NCBI RefSeq assembly: GCF_009914755.1
Contig: NC_060935.1
Origin: the human T2T-CHM13v2.0 reference genome, Homo sapiens
Direction: 5' to 3' (one strand)
Length of the DNA: 64,000 nucleotides
A model generated the notes under the pieces. That model was given only the letters and a program-made list of their open reading frames with translations, ran no database searches and was not told the DNA's origin. Of this stretch, positions 55,680 to 64,000 are shown one piece after another (position 1 is the stretch's first letter; every line of letters begins with the position of its first letter). Made by a program: the position numbers and the translations under genes.

Positions 55680-56740
55680 AGGTCCCTGGGCAGATTCATT
55701 CAAAGAGGATGGAGACCAAAGGAAAGAGCAGAGAAAGCAATTTGGAGGAAACCAACTATGCAGGGAGAAGAAAACTTAGAGACAAACATGGCATTCACAT
55801 TCTCACAGAAATAAGAAACGATTACATCAGTGAAAACATAGGATGCTACACACATTTTTAAAGAACCATTTGGGGAGCAAAAAAGCTCTTGGAAATTAAA
55901 AAATACAATAAGACAAAGCAATAGAAAGGTTGAAAGATAAAAGGAAATCTTCTAGAAACTGAAGAAAAGAGACAAAGAGATGGAAAATAGGTGAAAAAGG
56001 GAAAAAAATTAGAGGGTCAGTCCAAGAGATCCAAAAACTAAATAATAGGAGTTTCAGAAAGACAGAACAGTAAAAAACAGAGGGCAAGAAAAGGAATGTT
56101 TCAAGAAACTCCCAGGATAGGACATGAGTTTCCACACTGGAAGGACTTGCTGAGAGCCTCACGAAACAGATGAACACAGGCCTACACCAAGGCACTGTGT
56201 CCAATTTCAGATCCTGTAAGCTTTCCCAAAGGAGGGTAAAAAGAAAAAAAAGACAAAAGTATCAGAAATCAGAAAGGTTTTGGACTTCTTAGCAGTTTCA
56301 GAAGTTAGAAAAGTGCAAAGCAATCCTTCAAACTTGTCAAGGAAAAATTGTTTCCAACCTGAAATTCTCTTTTTTTTTTCTTTCCGGAGACAGTCTGGCT
56401 CTGTCATCCAGTCTGGAGTGCAGTGGCACAATCTCAGCTCACTGCAACCTCCACCTCTTGGGTTCAAGCAATCCTCTGCCTCAGCCTCTCGAGTAGCTGG
56501 GATTACAGACATGTGCCACCATGCCTAGCTAATTTTTGTATTTTCAGTAGGGATGGGGTTTCACCATGTTGGCCAAGATGGTCTTGAACTCCTGGCCTCA
56601 AGTGATCCACCTGCCTCGGCCTCCCAAAGTGCTGGGATTACAGGCATGAGCCATGGCTCCTGGCCCCAACCTGAAATTCTCTATCCAGCTAAACTATCAA
56701 CCATGTATGAAAGTAAAATAACAAGAAAAGGCAAAGGTCT
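55680..56740 (+). mobile_element. Degenerate L1M ORF1-region fragment interrupted by a minus Alu (56370-56665, TSD ccaacctgaaattctct)
   Basis: A-rich L1-like text (aataggagtttcagaaag, atccagctaaactatca); 17-bp TSD. Confidence 0.7.
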
Positions 56741-57158
56741 TTGTTAGGAAGCTGCTGTCAATATGCTGCACCCAAACAAGGGAGCAAGCAAACGAGAAAG
56801 AGGAGCGGGGAACAAAGGAGAAAGACAGAGGAAATCCCTGGGAGAGGGCACGCCAAGGGAGCAGAGGGGCAAGGAGGATGGACAGCGCCGCTGGCTCCCT
56901 TCAAGGGGAACTAAAGGAAAATGAAGCCTCACTCTTACTGATGAGAGGGCCTATGCCGAACCTGACCGCAAGACACGAAAGCAGCAAGAACATAACACCT
57001 GAAGCCTAACCCACACCTTAGCAGGAGGCCCCTGATCCCCACGGACCACAATGTGGATGCTGTGAAAATCTGCCTAGATGAGAAGCGTCCGCCTATATAT
57101 ACGCACATACACTCATAAACATAGAGTATTTCTAGAATGACACTTCAGGAGCTGGTAA

Positions 57159-57927
<769 letters not shown>

Positions 57928-58609
57928 TCATTGCCCCCTCCCTGAGGAAGCCTTCCCCGGTTCCCAACCCAGGACCAGAGTAAGACAGGGACCCTCCTCC
58001 TGGCCTGCTTCTCCCCAGGCCCTGGTTAGCGAGTACAGGTCATGTATCCAGCCTTGAGCTCTACGGGGGCAGACATAACTAACTCATCTTTGTTATGTCC
58101 ACTTGGTAGAGATAACTTGCTCCAGGAGCACTGGAAAGAAACTTTCATTTTCTGCCTACAATATTCCAGGCATCTTCCTTTTAGCCCACTGAATTGTCAC
58201 CACAATCTCATGGGGTATTATCAACCCTCATTTTACTGAAAAGAAAATTGAGGCTGGGAAGGACCCACAGGAAGTAGCAAACTCAAGAATAATTAAGGCT
58301 GCCCAGCTCCAGGGCCCCTGTTTTTTCATGAGAGCAGCTAGCCTGGTGCCTAGCTCACAGTACAGTTCCAAAAATGTTTAACTCAACCAAATTAAATTGG
58401 AATTAAGATTAAACTGGAATTAAGATTTTCTTCTGGAGCTGGGGTCCTCCCATGTTCTGAGATCCTGAAAAAGCAGCTGAGGGCCCTCAGTGGCAGACAG
58501 CACCTCCACCCGGCCAAAGGGAGCCAGGGCCAGCGGTCACAGCCCGGTGGGAAAGTTTCCTCATTAAATCACAGTCTTTTAGCCGACTGCGCTGCCCTTC
58601 AGGGCCAGG

Positions 58610-61290
<2,681 letters not shown>

Positions 61291-61759
61291 ATCAAATTTT
61301 GAACTAGTAACTAGTTTTGATTTGGCAGCCCCTTCCCAAAAAGTAGCAGCAGCAGCCGCTCAGACCCTAGGATGCCAGAGCTCTCATCCCCCCTGCTTTC
61401 CACACCTGCTGAGTGGATGCCTCCTCCACAGCTTTGCCTTTTGGGGAAAGGCTACCTGGTTGGCGGCCTCCCTGTATGCCCTTCTCTGGACCCAGCGGGG
61501 CTGAGCCCTCTGGGTGGAGGCACCTGGGCTCCCTTCCTGGCTGGTTTCCTGTAGGTCCAGCCGATGAGACAGAGGCACAGGCGGGAGACAAGGGTAGGTA
61601 GGAGGCGGTGGAGAGAGAACGTGGGGTGTGCCTTCCTCACTCTCTACCAGCTTTGATGCCACCATCCTGACCCAGGCTGTGTCTTGTCGCTATGACAGTT
61701 CCTGCTGGCATCCCAGTGTCCACTATTCAGCCCTCACTGGTGTTTGCAGGAAAGGCTAT

Positions 61760-62061
61760 TTATTTATTTTTTTTTGGAGACAGAGTCCCGCTCTGTCACC
61801 CAGGCTGCAGTACAATGGCGCGATCTTGGCTCACTGCAACCTCCACCTCCCTGGGTTTAACCAATTCTTCTGCTTCAGCCTCTGGAGTAGCTGGGATTAC
61901 AGGCACCTGCCACCATGCCTGGCTAATTTTTTTGTATTTTTAGTAGAGATGGGGTTTTGCCATGTTGGCCAGGCTGGTCTTGAACTCTTGACTTCAGGTG
62001 ATCCGCCCGCCTCAGCCTCCCAAAGTGCTAGGATTACAGGCGTGAGCCACCACGCCCAGCC
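61760..62061 (-). mobile_element. Alu with TSD caggaaa(g/t)gctattt, possibly within an old ERVL-type LTR
   Basis: Alu consensus; the flanking LTR call is tentative. Confidence 0.85.
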
Positions 62062-63746
62062 AGGAAATGCTATTTCTTCTCCTGACCCCTTCAAGCCTAG
62101 TGGTAGTAATGACTTTCCACTGTCGCTTGGTGCCTCAACTTCCCTTGTTGGGTGTCTGACTTTTCTTGGCTATTTAATTCAATTTATTAAAAATAGTGTG
62201 CAACCCTCAACCATTCCTGGGTAGTCTTGACTGCTATTCTGCTAGATGACACACCCCGACATCCCGTGGAGGAAGTCACTGTGGAACCTAGGTCAATGTG
62301 AAAGCCTGGTTCTCTGGGCGAACTGATTACCAAAGTACCCAGTCCATGAGCCAAGGCGATAGTAAAGAAATCCAATGGGAAACAGCTTCAGTTCCTGGAA
62401 GAGGAAAGTAAACAGCAACCCAGGCAGGACATGGCCTTGACTGTGTTTGCTGCTGTTTTCTCTCCCTATTCGTGACTCCTAGGAGAACATATCTTCATAG
62501 CCCCATGATCTGACCTTTCATCCTATGCTTTGGAGTTTGAGCACAAACACTGACTGGCTCAGAGGCTTCCCGGAGATGCAGCTCTGGGCATCCACTATTG
62601 CTGATTTTACTGTGATGGCCACATAGCAAGTGTCGGAATTGCTGATCATTTGTGTGAGCTGCTACTGAGTGCCAGCCACTGCACTGAGTGATTTCTATGA
62701 TCTCAATCATCAGAGGGCTTGTAAGGGGAATATTATTGTAAGCATGGAAAGACACCCAGATGAACAGCTTGCCTATGGTCTCAGAGCTCAAAGCCACGTA
62801 GACCCCTGTCTGCCCGTCATGCCGAGCTGTGCCTCAGGTCCTGCCCTGCCACCTGGGAGTCCCTTGTAGATAGATTGTCAAGACTGATCATGCTAGTGAT
62901 TAGTAGTTACCAATCTCTCCTCCCTGCCTGCCAACCTCAGCCACTCTCCTCCACCATCACTCTTGCCCTGGCCACTCCCGGGCCTGTGATCACACCCTCC
63001 TCTTCCTCCTCCAGCTGTATCACATCACAGTCACACCTGTGTGTCCCCCAAACTCTGACCACAGCCCTTCCCCCAGGCTAACTGTGTAATCACAGTGGTG
63101 CTGCCCAGCCAACCCCCAGCTGAGTGGACATTTTGTTTTGTTGTTTTGGAGTTCTGCAAATAGCAAGAGCTTCCAGTTTGCCTTTACCCTAAAATGCACA
63201 CCCCAGGGATGGGAGGGAAGCACAGCGGCTGCGGCAAGCCGGGCTGTCAGGCGCCTACCCGCTACACCACCGCAGCCCATCCACCTGCTGAGCAGCTGCT
63301 GACTCGCCAGGCCTTACTTTTCTGCTCCACATTAGCAGGGGGGTGTTCATCCGAATATAACAGTTCCTCCTCAGGGGTGAGAAATTAGCTTGCTGAAAAC
63401 CCCCACTGGGAGGAAGGAGGTATTCAGAGTCGGGGACCTGCGGTGGTGAGTGGATCTACGAAAGCCCTAGGGCCAGACTGCCTTTCCCATCTTCTTAGTC
63501 CCAATCCAGAAGCGATGCATTCTCAGCACTGCCAACTCCTTTCCCCAATCTGAAGGAAGAGGGCATGTCTTATAATAATTATGAAAACAAGAATAATTCA
63601 TAATAGCTGGAGTGCCAGGCCTTGGGTGAGGCACCATCCTGATTGTCTCCTCAATACTCACAAGGCCAGTATGATTCTATCCAACCATGTTGTTGAGCTC
63701 ATCCCTACGGACTATAATTATTATTATTTTAAAAAATATATTTTTT

Positions 63747-64000
63747 GGCTGGGCGTGGTGGCTCACGCCTGTAATCCTTGCACTTTGGGAAGCCGAGGCA
63801 GGTGGATCACCTGAGGTCAGGAGTTCAAAACCAGCCTGGCCAACTTGGCGAAACCCTGTCTCTACTAAAAATACAAAAAAAAAAAAATTAGCCAGGCGTG
63901 GTGGCAGGCACCTGTAATCCCAGCTACTGGGGAGGCTGAGGCAGGAGAATCACTTCAACCTGGGAGGCGGAGGTTGCAGTGAGCCAAGATGGTGCCATTG
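63747..64000 (+). mobile_element. Alu (runs off the window end)
   Basis: ggctgggcgtggtggctcacgcctgtaatcc... Confidence 0.92.

Noticed and set aside
58391-58424. 17-bp tandem duplication attaaa(t/c)tggaattaag
   Set aside because: Trivial local slippage with no functional context.

Overview
Human (or very close primate) genomic DNA matching the TOP6BL(C11orf80)-RCE1-PC/LRFN4 locus, known as 11q13.2. It holds the last two coding exons of TOP6BL (+) and the complete 8-exon RCE1 gene (+, 329 aa). It also holds all 20 coding exons of pyruvate carboxylase PC (-, 1178 aa, summing to exactly 3537 nt) and LRFN4/SALM3 (+, 635 aa), nested antisense in the 10.4-kb PC intron between codons 456 and 457. 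Positions 32436-64000 are PC 5'-UTR intron, rich in Alu, L1 and MaLR elements. There is no prokaryotic-type system (CRISPR, operon). The most unusual structure is in the LRFN4-hosting intron: (i) a bidirectional poly(A) element that ends LRFN4 and also an in-frame alternative terminal PC exon (529-aa, biotin-carboxylase-only isoform); (ii) a non-Alu 111-bp inverted duplication fused to a 69-bp direct duplication, with asymmetric CpG decay; (iii) a duplicated consensus splice donor on the PC strand, one copy preceded by an in-frame ATG that could feed the CT+BCCP half of PC. Together these raise an untested hypothesis that the nested gene's promoter and terminator can split PC into two halves resembling two-subunit microbial PCs. 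Repeat subfamily calls and repeat boundaries are approximate (made by eye).
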